Assembly (NCBI GenBank): GCA_037190965.1
Contig: JBBCKI010000030.1
Location: forward strand, 74,884-138,883
DNA: 64,000 bases
Source of the DNA: Chthoniobacteraceae bacterium
GTDB taxonomy: Bacteria; Verrucomicrobiota; Verrucomicrobiia; Chthoniobacterales; Chthoniobacteraceae
Reading direction: 5' to 3'
Below are positions 9,690-18,916 of this stretch, piece by piece. Within the stretch, counting starts at the first letter, position 1; the number at the start of each line of letters is the position of its first letter. A program made the position numbers and the translations under genes. The notes under the pieces are model-generated. The model was not told where the DNA came from, searched no databases, and saw only the letters and a program-made list of their open reading frames with translations.

Positions 9690-10592
9690 ATGCTCCAACA
9701 CACACAGTCCAAATTCCTCCTTTGTGCAAGCATTGCAGCGGCGACGCTTTCCTCCTCTCTGTTTGCCGGGACCACGATTCAGAGCAAGGAAACGACAGCA
9801 CCGCTCGTCGACGAATTAAAGAAGTCGGCCATCACCGGTGACCTCGGCGTCAACTTCGTCTCCCAGTATGTGCTGCGCGGCCTTGTCTACGAAAACCAGG
9901 GAGTGATCGCCCAGCCGTACCTCAACCTTTACTTCAACCTCTATGAAGGGGACGGCTTCATCAACAAGGTGAGCCTGATCGCGGGAATCTGGTCCAGTAT
10001 TCACTCCCGGCACACCGATGCCCACCCCGGGAGCACGGTGCCAGCCTGGTTTGAATTCGACTACACGCCGGGCATTGCCGTGACGTTTGCCAAGAACTTC
10101 ACGCTGACCTCCAGCTTCTTCTCCTATACCAGCCCGAACGGCGGATTCGACACCTTCTATGGGCTCAACTTCCAGCTCAACTACGACGACACCGACCTGC
10201 TGGGAGCCTTCGCTTTGCACCCGCACGTGACTTACCTGCGCGAGTTGGAAGGCAAGGCGGGCAGCGGTTCCTCGGAAGGCAACTACTATGAAATCGGCAT
10301 CGCTCCGGCCCTCCCGGCCTGGGGCCCTCTGACGGTCACTCTCCCGATGAACGTCGGGTTCGGCTCGCACCAGTTCTACGCCGCGAATACCGGCTTCGGG
10401 TACTTCTCAGGCGGAGTCAATGCCGCCATCGCGCTCGGCTTCATTCCCGAGCAATACGGCTCCTGGGCTCTCACCACCAGCGCGACGTACTACTATCTCA
10501 ACGGCTCGCTCGCGGACTTCAACAACCCGAATGTCCGCCCCTCCCGGCACAACGAGTTTGTGTTCAGTGGCGGCATCGGGCTGACCTTCTAG
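9690..10592 (+). CDS. Putative outer-membrane beta-barrel porin (TorF-like), paralog 1
   Basis: Signal peptide, SQYVLRG, EFDYTPGIA, alternating aromatic strands, C-terminal Phe (GGIGLTF). Confidence 0.8.
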   Translation: MLQHTQSKFLLCASIAAATLSSSLFAGTTIQSKETTAPLVDELKKSAITGDLGVNFVSQYVLRGLVYENQGVIAQPYLNLYFNLYEGDGFINKVSLIAGIWSSIHSRHTDAHPGSTVPAWFEFDYTPGIAVTFAKNFTLTSSFFSYTSPNGGFDTFYGLNFQLNYDDTDLLGAFALHPHVTYLRELEGKAGSGSSEGNYYEIGIAPALPAWGPLTVTLPMNVGFGSHQFYAANTGFGYFSGGVNAAIALGFIPEQYGSWALTTSATYYYLNGSLADFNNPNVRPSRHNEFVFSGGIGLTF

Positions 10593-10662
10593 TCCAAAGG
10601 TAAGAAAAAACCTTACACAAAAAGTTCCCTCCTCAACCGACCTTGTCCCAAGCCAGGTCGCA

Positions 10663-10704
10663 GGCCTCTCTCGCTTACTCCGGGCGAGAGAGGCCCATTT
10701 TTTT
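10663..10704 (+). terminator. Rho-independent terminator
   Basis: GGCCTCTCTCGC / GCGAGAGAGGCC stem followed by a T7 tract. Confidence 0.85.
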
Positions 10705-10954
10705 AAAAGCTCGTAAGTCGCTCATAATAAACACGATACAGGAGATCCAACAGCTTGACGGTCGACACATTCCCCTAGGTGTCTACGGCAACAATCCCTT
10801 ATAATGGACTAGAAAAAATCCTGAGCGCCCGATTGGGACTTCCCCCTAGGAAAAAAGTTCCTTTCCTCGGTCTGCCGAGTTTGGTAAATGGCTCGTTAAC
10901 CCGGGCTAAGCCTAGCCTCCGGTTCCAACAGCAACAAACCAACACACACACACA

Positions 10955-11854
10955 ATGGTTAAATCCAACAACCTCAAACTGACGCTCTGCGCCAGCATCG
11001 CTTTGGCTGGCTCGGTCCTCCCGGTTCTCGCTGGTCCTACGGTGACCGCTTCCGCCAAGGAGACCCAGACGTTGGTCGAAGAAAGCCAGAAGTCGGCCAT
11101 CTCGGGCGACCTCGGGTTCAACATCACCTCCCAATACATCAATCGTGGTGTCGTCCGGGAGAACCAGGGTGTCATCGGTCAGCCGTACATCGACCTCTAC
11201 TTCAATGTGTACGAGGGCGAAGGTTTCCTGAACCGTGTCAGCTTCGTTCTCGGCGCCTGGGGGAGCCTCCACTCCGCCAAGACCCACGCCATCGCCGGCA
11301 GCACGACCTCCGGCTGGTATGAGTTCGACTATTCCGCCGGCATTGCCTTCACGGTTGCCCGGAATCTGACGATCACCCCGAGCTATGCGGAATTCAACAG
11401 CCCGAACGACGCGTTCAGCGCCTCGCGGAACCTGAACGTCCGTTTGGACTACAACGATTCCGAACTCCTCGGCGCGTTCGCTCTGCACCCGCACTTCACC
11501 TACCTGCGTGAGCTGGAAGGTAAAGTCGGCAATGGCAAGAGCCAGGGTAACTACTACGAAGTCGGCGTGGCCCCAGCCCTCCCTGCCTTCGGTCCTGTGA
11601 CGGTCACCATCCCGCTCACCACCGCCTTCGGTTCCAACCGCTTCTACGCGGGCAACCAAGGCTTCGGTTACTTCTCGGGTGGCGTGAACGCCGCCGTGGC
11701 GCTCGACTTCATCCCGGCTGCCTACGGCTCCTGGACGGTCAACGCCGGCGCGACCTACTACTACCTGAATGGCTCGCTCTCCAAGGCGAACAGCATTCAG
11801 GCCCAAGGAAACAACACGTTTGTTTTCAACGGTGGTCTGAACCTCGCGTTCTAA
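10955..11854 (+). CDS. Putative outer-membrane beta-barrel porin (TorF-like), paralog 2
   Basis: Colinear with 9690..10592 (SAIxGDLG, ENQGVI, LLGAFALHPHxTYLRELEGK, GFGYFSGGVNAA); ends GGLNLAF. Confidence 0.82.
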   Translation: MVKSNNLKLTLCASIALAGSVLPVLAGPTVTASAKETQTLVEESQKSAISGDLGFNITSQYINRGVVRENQGVIGQPYIDLYFNVYEGEGFLNRVSFVLGAWGSLHSAKTHAIAGSTTSGWYEFDYSAGIAFTVARNLTITPSYAEFNSPNDAFSASRNLNVRLDYNDSELLGAFALHPHFTYLRELEGKVGNGKSQGNYYEVGVAPALPAFGPVTVTIPLTTAFGSNRFYAGNQGFGYFSGGVNAAVALDFIPAAYGSWTVNAGATYYYLNGSLSKANSIQAQGNNTFVFNGGLNLAF

Positions 11855-11873
11855 GGAACCCTGTTCCTTCATG

Positions 11874-11909
11874 GGTTTCCCCGGTTCATTCCGGGGAAAC
11901 CTTTTTTTT
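11874..11909 (+). terminator. Rho-independent terminator
   Basis: GGTTTCCCCGG / CCGGGGAAACC stem followed by T8. Confidence 0.88.
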
Positions 11910-12061
11910 GGCCTTTTTTTGGCTCAGCCGATTTTCAACCTGAACTCCGATTTTGGAGCGGAAGAGATTGCGTAAAATCTTGGAGCAGAAACGGTTGAGG
12001 AGATGCGAAAGCGTATCTTTAGATACGGTGAGCTTCGACGATACCGTTTATGCCCAAGAGG

Positions 12062-12838
12062 TTACGCAAGACCGCAGCGATCAACTTCGGAGTTCAGGTT
12101 CAACTCTTGAAACCGCTCTTTGAGCAACTCCGCCGGCCACTGCCCGGGAACCTGAGGCTTGTCGAGATAGCCGTAGTTCAGCACCGACCCCGCCGCGCCC
12201 AATGCCACCCGGGAGATCTTCCCGAATTCCCCCATCCCCATCACCGCGAGTTGCAGATTCGCCCGACGCCGCGGCCCCCGGCCGTCCCGACGCTCGATAT
12301 ACTGGGTCAGAAATTGAAGCAACGTGGAGAAATCACCCGCCGTCTTCGCCGTCGTCGCGACCTTGAAAACCGTGGCTCCCGCCGCTTCCGCCCTTCCGGC
12401 AAGCTCCTGAAGACGCCCGAGCGACGGCGTCGCACGAAAGTCGTGATGCGAGAGAATGACGCCCACTTCCTGTTCGCGCACCTCCTCAAGAAGACTGACA
12501 AACCCGGAGGCCAGGGCCGAGCGAAGCTCCACATCAACCAAACTGGCATAGGGCAAAAACTCGCGCATCAATGCGAGCCGACGCGGCGCAGGGAGAGCGT
12601 TTGCCCCCCCCTCCTTCGGATCGCGCACGGTCACGACCAGAGGCGCAGGCAATTTGTCCGCCGCCTTTTTCAATTGAGTGAGCAGAGATTCACTTTCCGC
12701 GAATCCATCCACCCTCAATTCAAGAAAATCGACAGCTCCCTTTCGCAGTTTTTGAGCGGCTTTCAGGGAAGCCGGGCTGTGAATTGTTCCAATAACCGAC
12801 CCTGAATGCAGAGCATTGGTTGTTTTTCTCAAAGACAT
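12062..12838 (-). CDS. aroD: Type I 3-dehydroquinate dehydratase
   Basis: DFLELRVD, VVTVRDPKEGG, LVDVEL, ILSHHDF, FKVA, MGMGEFGKISRV, PGQ. Confidence 0.9.
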   Translation of the reverse strand: MSLRKTTNALHSGSVIGTIHSPASLKAAQKLRKGAVDFLELRVDGFAESESLLTQLKKAADKLPAPLVVTVRDPKEGGANALPAPRRLALMREFLPYASLVDVELRSALASGFVSLLEEVREQEVGVILSHHDFRATPSLGRLQELAGRAEAAGATVFKVATTAKTAGDFSTLLQFLTQYIERRDGRGPRRRANLQLAVMGMGEFGKISRVALGAAGSVLNYGYLDKPQVPGQWPAELLKERFQELNLNSEVDRCGLA

Positions 12839-13014
12839 AATGTTATGGTCGAAGGCTTCTGTTGTTCCAACAGGCCTTTTAGAAGACGCCATTCCACGAA
12901 ACATGCAGCCAACAGGTTACTTTCATCAAGGATTTACGGTTCCTTTCGGGCCGCGAGTCCCCCTGATCCCCCCCGGATGGTTGGTTGATTGGGCGCAGTA
13001 ACTTCTCTCCCGCA

Positions 13015-14406
13015 ATGATCGGTCGCAAACAAGAAATCAACCTTCAGTTCCAGCAAATCGTCGATGGCGCGCTTCTGGTAATCGCTTTTTGGGGAGGGCA
13101 CCTCCTTCGTTATTTCGCCACCGACTGGTTCGGCCTCGATTGGCAGATTCCAAAATTCGACCAGTTCCGCTGGCTCCTTTTCATCATCATGCCGTTCGGC
13201 CCCATTCTTTTGGAGCTTCAAGGGTATTACACTCACGCGCTTCAAAAGACGCTTTGGCGCTCATTCTCCCAGATGGCTCGCGCAGCGTTCTGGCTGAGTC
13301 TGATCATCGCCGGGTGCGTGATCTTTTTCCGCCTGGAGGTCCCTAGCCGCGCAGTCATTCTCCTTTTCGGCCTGTTCGCCATGGTCCTTCTGCTCCTTCG
13401 GGAGCAATTGACGATCCTCATCATCCGCACCCGCGCCCGAAGCGGCCACTACCGCGAGCCGGTGCTCCTGGCGGGAACTCCGGAAGACATGAAGGCGCTG
13501 CGGAAGACATTCACCCCGGAGCAACTGCTGGAAATGGAGATTACCGGGGAAATCGACATCGAGAAACAGCCGGTGGGCGATCTGGTCGAAATGCTGCACA
13601 AGCACTCGATCAGCCGCGTGATCTTCGCGGGCAACCATTCCCACGTCAACCGGCTCCAGGAAGCCATCGGCGCGTGCGAGATCGAAGGGGTGGAGGCATG
13701 GCTGGTGGCGGACTTCATCAAGACCTCCATTGCACGCCCCGCTTTTGACGTGCTCGGGGGACGCGCCATGCTGGTCTTCCGCACGACTCCCGAGGTCTCC
13801 TGGGCCCTGATGGTGAAAGGAATGATCGATCGCGTGGGCGCATTCCTGATTCTGCTCGCCGCCTCCCCCGTGCTCCTGGCGGCAGCGATCGGCATCAAAC
13901 TCACCTCGCCGGGCCCCATCATTTTCTGTCAACAGCGCGGCGGCAAACATGGGCGGCCCTTCAAGATGTATAAATTCCGCACCATGAACACCAACGCCGA
14001 GATGCTCCGGGCGGAACTCGCCGCGCAGAACGAGATGAGTGGCCCGGTTTTCAAGGTCGGCAACGACCCGCGCATTACCAAACTGGGGCGCTGGCTGCGC
14101 AAAACCAGTATCGACGAGCTCCCCCAGCTCGTAAACGTTCTGAAGGGCCAGATGAGCCTCGTCGGCCCAAGGCCGCTGCCTCTCTACGAGGTTGAGCAAT
14201 TCGAAAACTCCGCACAACGGCGCCGCCTGAGCGTCAAGCCGGGCCTCACCTGCCTCTGGCAGATCAGCGGACGCAGCAATGTAACCTCTTTTGAGGATTG
14301 GGTGAAACTCGACCTCGCCTACATCGACAACTGGTCCATCTGGCTGGACCTGAAGATTCTGCTAAAAACCGTTCCGGCCGTACTTTTTGGAATGGGCGCG
14401 CGATAA
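13015..14406 (+). CDS. Polyprenyl-phosphate glycosylphosphotransferase (WcaJ/CpsE-like)
   Basis: N-terminal TM helices; FKMYKFRTM, DPRITKLGRWLRKTSIDELPQL, SLVGPRP, KPGLTCLWQISGR, DLAYIDNWS. Confidence 0.93.
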   Translation: MIGRKQEINLQFQQIVDGALLVIAFWGGHLLRYFATDWFGLDWQIPKFDQFRWLLFIIMPFGPILLELQGYYTHALQKTLWRSFSQMARAAFWLSLIIAGCVIFFRLEVPSRAVILLFGLFAMVLLLLREQLTILIIRTRARSGHYREPVLLAGTPEDMKALRKTFTPEQLLEMEITGEIDIEKQPVGDLVEMLHKHSISRVIFAGNHSHVNRLQEAIGACEIEGVEAWLVADFIKTSIARPAFDVLGGRAMLVFRTTPEVSWALMVKGMIDRVGAFLILLAASPVLLAAAIGIKLTSPGPIIFCQQRGGKHGRPFKMYKFRTMNTNAEMLRAELAAQNEMSGPVFKVGNDPRITKLGRWLRKTSIDELPQLVNVLKGQMSLVGPRPLPLYEVEQFENSAQRRRLSVKPGLTCLWQISGRSNVTSFEDWVKLDLAYIDNWSIWLDLKILLKTVPAVLFGMGAR

Positions 14407-14534
14407 AAGCAAAAGCCCTTGCGTGTTTCAGCGGCAGGCGTTAATATCTGGTCCAGATGAGGGTTGTGCCCCGGCCACCCGACATCCCGCCGAACCAAAA
14501 TGTTGGCCAATATTAAGAATAATAATATTTTTTA

Positions 14535-14563
14535 TTGCCACCCCAAAAGTTCGCGGGTATTTT
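14535..14563 (+). promoter_or_regulatory. Putative sigma70 promoter with AT-rich UP element
   Basis: TTGCCA-N17-TATTTT preceded by an AT-rich tract at about 14509-14534. Confidence 0.55.
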
Positions 14564-14568
14564 CATCA

Positions 14569-14640
14569 CAGATTTAAGAATTGTTCTGGGGGGAACATGA
14601 GCCCTTCGCGACCACTCGGTCGCGGGGGGCTCAATTTTTT
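14569..14640 (+). ncRNA. Candidate ~70-nt small RNA or attenuator leader
   Basis: Promoter, then a TGTTC-TGGGGG-GAACA hairpin, then a TGAGCCCTTCGCGACC / GGTCGCGGGGGGCTCA stem and T-tract, ending 35 nt before the next CDS. Confidence 0.45.
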
Positions 14641-14674
14641 GCCCTGAAACCGAGGGACCCCTCATCGATTTTTC

Positions 14675-15430
14675 ATGGATTTCTTCCATCTCACCCTGGA
14701 GCAGTGGCTCCTCGCGATTCTCGCCGCGCTCTTTGTGGGAATCTCGAAGGCTGGATTCGGCGGGTTCGGAATGCTGACGGTCGCCCTGATGGCCACCCTC
14801 ATGAAGGGGCACGAGCTTGAATCAACCGGCATCGTGCTTCCCATGCTGATCTGTGGCGATCTTCTCGCGGTCCGGGCGTTCCGCGGGCACGTTCGATGGC
14901 CGATCCTTCTGGGCCTTCTTCCTCCCGCGGTGGCGGGAGTGCTTGCCGGTTTTTTCTGGATGAGCGGCTTGAGCAATGTGGGGTTCAAGCCGGTGATCGG
15001 CTGGATTGTCCTCGCCCTCGTTGGGCTGCAACTCTTCCGACAATTCCGCCCCGTCCTTTTTCAGCATGTCCCCCACACCCGGACCTTTGCCTGGCTGGCG
15101 GGGACAAGCGCGGGATTCACCACCATGGTCGCCAATGCCGCCGGACCGATCATGACGCTTTACCTTCTGGCGGTCCAGTTGCCGAAGCTCGCCTTTGTCG
15201 GCACAGGAGCCTGGTATTTCCTGATCGTGAACCTCATCAAGGTCCCTTTCAGCGCAAGCCTCGGCTTCATCACCCCCAACTCCCTCCTCTTCAACGCCGC
15301 CCTCATTCCCGCCGTCGCCGCGGGGCTTTTCACCGGGCGATACTTCCTCCACCGGATCGACCAGACGTTTTTCGAACGCCTCCTCCTTGCCCTCACCGCT
15401 CTCACGGCGCTCCATTTGATTATTTTTTAA
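14675..15430 (+). CDS. Sulfite exporter TauE/SafE (TSUP) family permease
   Basis: VGISKAGFGGFG, LPMLICGD, GFTTMVANAAGP, NLIKVPF; about 8 TM segments. Confidence 0.9.
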   Translation: MDFFHLTLEQWLLAILAALFVGISKAGFGGFGMLTVALMATLMKGHELESTGIVLPMLICGDLLAVRAFRGHVRWPILLGLLPPAVAGVLAGFFWMSGLSNVGFKPVIGWIVLALVGLQLFRQFRPVLFQHVPHTRTFAWLAGTSAGFTTMVANAAGPIMTLYLLAVQLPKLAFVGTGAWYFLIVNLIKVPFSASLGFITPNSLLFNAALIPAVAAGLFTGRYFLHRIDQTFFERLLLALTALTALHLIIF

Positions 15431-15489
15431 GAAACCGCGCGAAAGCTCTTGCTTCCCCGCGGTTTCCGGCTACCTTGCAAAGACCAGAT

Positions 15490-15566
15490 CGCGGGGTGGA
15501 GCAGCCTGGTAGCTCGTCAGGCTCATAACCTGAAGGCCGCGGGTTCAAATCCCGCCCCCGCAACCA
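15490..15566 (+). tRNA. tRNA-Met(CAT), initiator type
   Basis: CGCGGGGTGGAGCAGCCTGGTAGCTCGTCAGGCTCATAACCTGAAGGCCGCGGGTTCAAATCCCGCCCCCGCAACCA; C1:A72 mismatch and encoded CCA. Confidence 0.97.
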
Positions 15567-15571
15567 CTTTC

Positions 15572-15605
15572 AAAGCCCGTAGAACCCCGTTTCTACGGGC
15601 TTTTT
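15572..15605. terminator. Bidirectional Rho-independent terminator
   Basis: AAAGCCCGTAGAA / TTCTACGGGCTTTTT between the tRNA and the convergent CDS. Confidence 0.85.
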
Positions 15606-15624
15606 AGTTCCCCTCATTTCCTGG

Positions 15625-16209
15625 TTAGTGCTTCCCCTTGGCTTCCGCGGCAGTAGCCGTGGATATTTTGTCCGTCAACGCCAGGAAAAGCGCGGAGGCC
15701 ACGAAGGTGACATGAAGCACCACCTGCCAGAGGACGGCGTTGTCCGGCACCGGCTTCGAGCCGATTTCGATGAAGGTCTTGAGCAAATGAATCGATGAGA
15801 TCCCGATGAGCGCGGTGGCCAGCTTGACCTTGAGCACTCCGGCGTTCACGTGCGAGAGCCATTCGGGCTGATCGGGATGCCCCTCAAGTTTGAGCCGCGA
15901 GACAAAGGTTTCATACCCGCCGACGATCACCATGATGAGGAGGTTGGCGATCATGACGACGTCGATTAACCCCAGCACGGTGAGCATGATCTGTTTCTCG
16001 TCGATCTTATGCGCGCCCATGAGGAGGTGCGAAAGCTCGAGGAAAAAGTGATAAACGTAGACCCCCTGCGCCACGATGAGGCCGACGTATAGCGGTGCCT
16101 GAAGCCACCGGCTCAGGAAGATGAAGTTCCCCAAAAGCCGAAGCGACTGCTGTTGCTGAGATGATACCATAGAATTGACTAGTGCTTTGCCACTAGGAGA
16201 ATTGCTCAT
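15625..16209 (-). CDS. UPF0114 / TIGR00645 family membrane protein
   Basis: SRWLQAPLYVGL, VLGLIDVVMIANLLIMVIVGGYETFVSRL, LKVKLATALIGISSIHLLKTFI. Confidence 0.9.
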   Translation of the reverse strand: MSNSPSGKALVNSMVSSQQQQSLRLLGNFIFLSRWLQAPLYVGLIVAQGVYVYHFFLELSHLLMGAHKIDEKQIMLTVLGLIDVVMIANLLIMVIVGGYETFVSRLKLEGHPDQPEWLSHVNAGVLKVKLATALIGISSIHLLKTFIEIGSKPVPDNAVLWQVVLHVTFVASALFLALTDKISTATAAEAKGKH

Positions 16210-16249
16210 ATAGCGTTGGATTTCTGGTTCAGGGCTCTAGTTCACGGCA

Positions 16250-18145
16250 CTAGTCCAAGACCACCTGCTGCCCGGCACGGACAGCCTCGATCACTTCGTC
16301 CGGCTCGGTGGCCTTCCGCAGTCGCTCGGTGACGTATTCGCTCTCGATGATGCCGACGATATCGGCCAGCAATCGGGGCTGGATTCGCGCCATCCCTATC
16401 GGCGTGAGAAGGAGGAAGATCAGTTCAACGCGATCGCTGCTATCCAGCATCGGCACCCCTTCGTCGGAGCGCGCGAAGATGAGCACCGGCTGCTCGATGC
16501 CGTCAAGGCGGCAGTGCGGGATCGCGAGGCCGCTGCCGAGATAGGTATTCATTACCTGCTCGCGCTGGCGCACCGCCTGGACAATCTTACGAGGATCGCC
16601 CGGGAGGCTTTGTCGCGGGATCTGGCTGATGATCGTCTCGATGGCCTCGTTCATGGAGCGCGCGCTAAGCTCGAAAATCACCCGCTCGGGTGTCAGCGCG
16701 TCGGCCAATGATACGAACTGCCCGCTGCGGGCGACGTCGAATTCGTCGCCGATCTTGCCCACCAGCTCTTCCAGAACGTCTTCAATCGTGATGATACCGG
16801 TCCACTCGCCCTGCGCGTTGGAGACGATCGCCATCTGGTTGAAGGCGCTCTGGAACTTGGTCAATGCTTCCTCCAGCGGGAGGTCTTCGCGCATCTCCAA
16901 AGAGGGCCGGGCAATCTCCGCAATGACGGCGTTGGAAACCGGCGACGCTTTATCCCAGAGCACGATGTCCTTGAGGTGCAACACGCGCGTGGGCCGTGTC
17001 TCGCCATTTTCCACCATCGGGTAACGGGAGAACCGCGTTTCCCGCAGCAACTTGAGGTTTTCCTCCCACGGCAGGTCCATGTGCACCACGCGCACGCCAC
17101 TGCGCATTCGCATGGCGTCGCGCACGGTCAGATCGGCCATGTCGACGATGTTTTCGATCAGCAACAACCGCCGGAACGGCATGAGGCCGAGCCGCTGAGG
17201 CCGCTCGAACATGGTCTTCAAATCCGCCCGGCGCGGACGCAGCAGCGAAACAATCACGCAGAGCAGAAGGATCACCATGATCAACACCAGCGAGACCGCC
17301 ACGGGGACCTTATAGAACTCCGAGAGGAGCATCTTGATGCCAAGGATCAGGATGATCGAGGCGAAGCCATAATGCAGCAGGTGGAACATCCGCATGAACC
17401 CGGCGACGCCGAAATACAGGGCGCGCAAACCGAGCATGGCGAAGATGTTCGAGGTGTAGACGATGAACGGATCTGACGTGATCGAGAAGATCGCCGGAAT
17501 GGAATCGACGGCGAAAATGATGTCCGACGACTCCACCGCGAGGAGAACGAGGAGGAGCGGAGTGGCCAGGCGTTTCCCGTCAACCCGGGTGAAGAAACGG
17601 TTGCCGTCGTACCGGGTGGCAACCGGAAAGTGACGGCGAAAGAAGCGGATCAGCCAGCTCTGCTCCGGGTCAAAATCGACATCCTTCTTGTACAACATGC
17701 CGATGCCGGTAATCAGCAGGAACCCGCCGAAGAGATAAATCATCCAGTGGAACCGCTCCAGCAGGGACAGCCCCGCGACGATGAAAATGATCCGCAAAAA
17801 AATCGCGCCGACGATCCCCCAGAACAGCACCTTGTGCTGATAAGGCTGCGGGACGCGGAAGAAATTGAAGATGAGGATGAAGACGAAGATGTTGTCGACG
17901 CTCAGCGACTTCTCGACAATGAACCCCGTAAAGAACTCCAGCCCGGCCGTCGTCCCCCGCTCATGGAACAGAATGATGCCGACATTGAAAAGGAGGGCAA
18001 GGCCGGTCCATACGCCGAACCAGACCATCGCCTCCTTCATGGTGATGGTGTGAGATTTCCTCTGGAAGACGCCCAGATCGAGCGCCAGCATGCCAAAGAT
18101 GAAAAGGGTGAACCCGACCCAAAGGGGCCATTGTTCGGTAATCAT
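16250..18145 (-). CDS. TerC/Alx-family metal homeostasis membrane protein fused to a CBS pair and a PTS EIIA domain
   Basis: TerC: EKSLSVDNIFVF, DIIFAVDSIPA, SNIFAMLGLRALYF. CBS (HlyC/CorC type): RFSRYPMV, GIITIEDVLEELVG. EIIA: REQVMNTYLGSGLAIPHCR. Confidence 0.88.
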   Translation of the reverse strand: MITEQWPLWVGFTLFIFGMLALDLGVFQRKSHTITMKEAMVWFGVWTGLALLFNVGIILFHERGTTAGLEFFTGFIVEKSLSVDNIFVFILIFNFFRVPQPYQHKVLFWGIVGAIFLRIIFIVAGLSLLERFHWMIYLFGGFLLITGIGMLYKKDVDFDPEQSWLIRFFRRHFPVATRYDGNRFFTRVDGKRLATPLLLVLLAVESSDIIFAVDSIPAIFSITSDPFIVYTSNIFAMLGLRALYFGVAGFMRMFHLLHYGFASIILILGIKMLLSEFYKVPVAVSLVLIMVILLLCVIVSLLRPRRADLKTMFERPQRLGLMPFRRLLLIENIVDMADLTVRDAMRMRSGVRVVHMDLPWEENLKLLRETRFSRYPMVENGETRPTRVLHLKDIVLWDKASPVSNAVIAEIARPSLEMREDLPLEEALTKFQSAFNQMAIVSNAQGEWTGIITIEDVLEELVGKIGDEFDVARSGQFVSLADALTPERVIFELSARSMNEAIETIISQIPRQSLPGDPRKIVQAVRQREQVMNTYLGSGLAIPHCRLDGIEQPVLIFARSDEGVPMLDSSDRVELIFLLLTPIGMARIQPRLLADIVGIIESEYVTERLRKATEPDEVIEAVRAGQQVVLD

Positions 18146-18220
18146 AGATAATGATTTGCGGGCTGAAAGAGGCAGCCTACGGGAACACCGCAGGCCTTTC
18201 AATCATTGCGTGGCCCGTCG

Positions 18221-18916
18221 TTATTCCTCGTCACGCCCGCCCATCAGCAGGGGCAGGAGATGCCAGAGCATGTAGGCAAACGAGGTGATGAAGGCCGCCA
18301 CATAGGTCCAGGCGGCAGCGTCGAGGACCTTGCGCACGGCGGTCATCTGGTCGGGGGTGGCCACATGCCCCATTCCCCCGAGTATCTGCTTGGCGCGGCG
18401 CGAGGCATCGAATTCCACCGGCAATGTGATGAGATTGAAGAGCATGATAACGCCCCAGGCGGCCGCCATGATCATTGCGCCCGTCCACATCTGGATAATT
18501 CCGGTAAACATGCCGATGAGCGGCAGCCAGAGCACCACCTGGTTGGCATAGGTCGTCACGCCCACCGAAGCCATGCGCCAGCGGAGCGGAGCAAAGGCAA
18601 TTTTATCCTGAATGGCATGGCCGCACTCGTGGGCGGCAACACCCAGCGCGGCACAGGAAGTGCCATGATAATTTTGCGACGAAAGAACCAGCCGTTTGTT
18701 GATCGGGTCGTAGTGGTCGCCAAGCATCTCGTCGTGCTCCACAATATCGACGTTATGGATGCCCGCGCGGTCGAGAATCTGCGCGGCCACCTCGGCGCCC
18801 GTCTCTCCGGAGGCGGCGGGCACTTCGCTATAGCGAGCGTACGCTGCCTTCACCCGCCACGTGGCCAGGAGCGAAAGGAGCATGGTGCCGACAAAGAGAA
18901 AAATGGGTAGGATCAT
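18221..18916 (-). CDS. Membrane neutral zinc metallopeptidase (YugP-like)
   Basis: DHYDP, VAAHECGHAIQ, ITLPVEFDASRRA, LDAAAWTYVAA. Confidence 0.92.
   Translation of the reverse strand: MILPIFLFVGTMLLSLLATWRVKAAYARYSEVPAASGETGAEVAAQILDRAGIHNVDIVEHDEMLGDHYDPINKRLVLSSQNYHGTSCAALGVAAHECGHAIQDKIAFAPLRWRMASVGVTTYANQVVLWLPLIGMFTGIIQMWTGAMIMAAAWGVIMLFNLITLPVEFDASRRAKQILGGMGHVATPDQMTAVRKVLDAAAWTYVAAFITSFAYMLWHLLPLLMGGRDEE

Noticed and set aside
15490..15620. tRNA-anchored genomic island or prophage
   Set aside because: No integrase and no duplicated tRNA 3' end seen in the window; flanking genes have host-like composition.
18146..18220. yybP-ykoY (Mn) riboswitch ahead of the TerC fusion
   Set aside because: The 75-nt gap is short and I cannot see the consensus; an Infernal scan would settle it.
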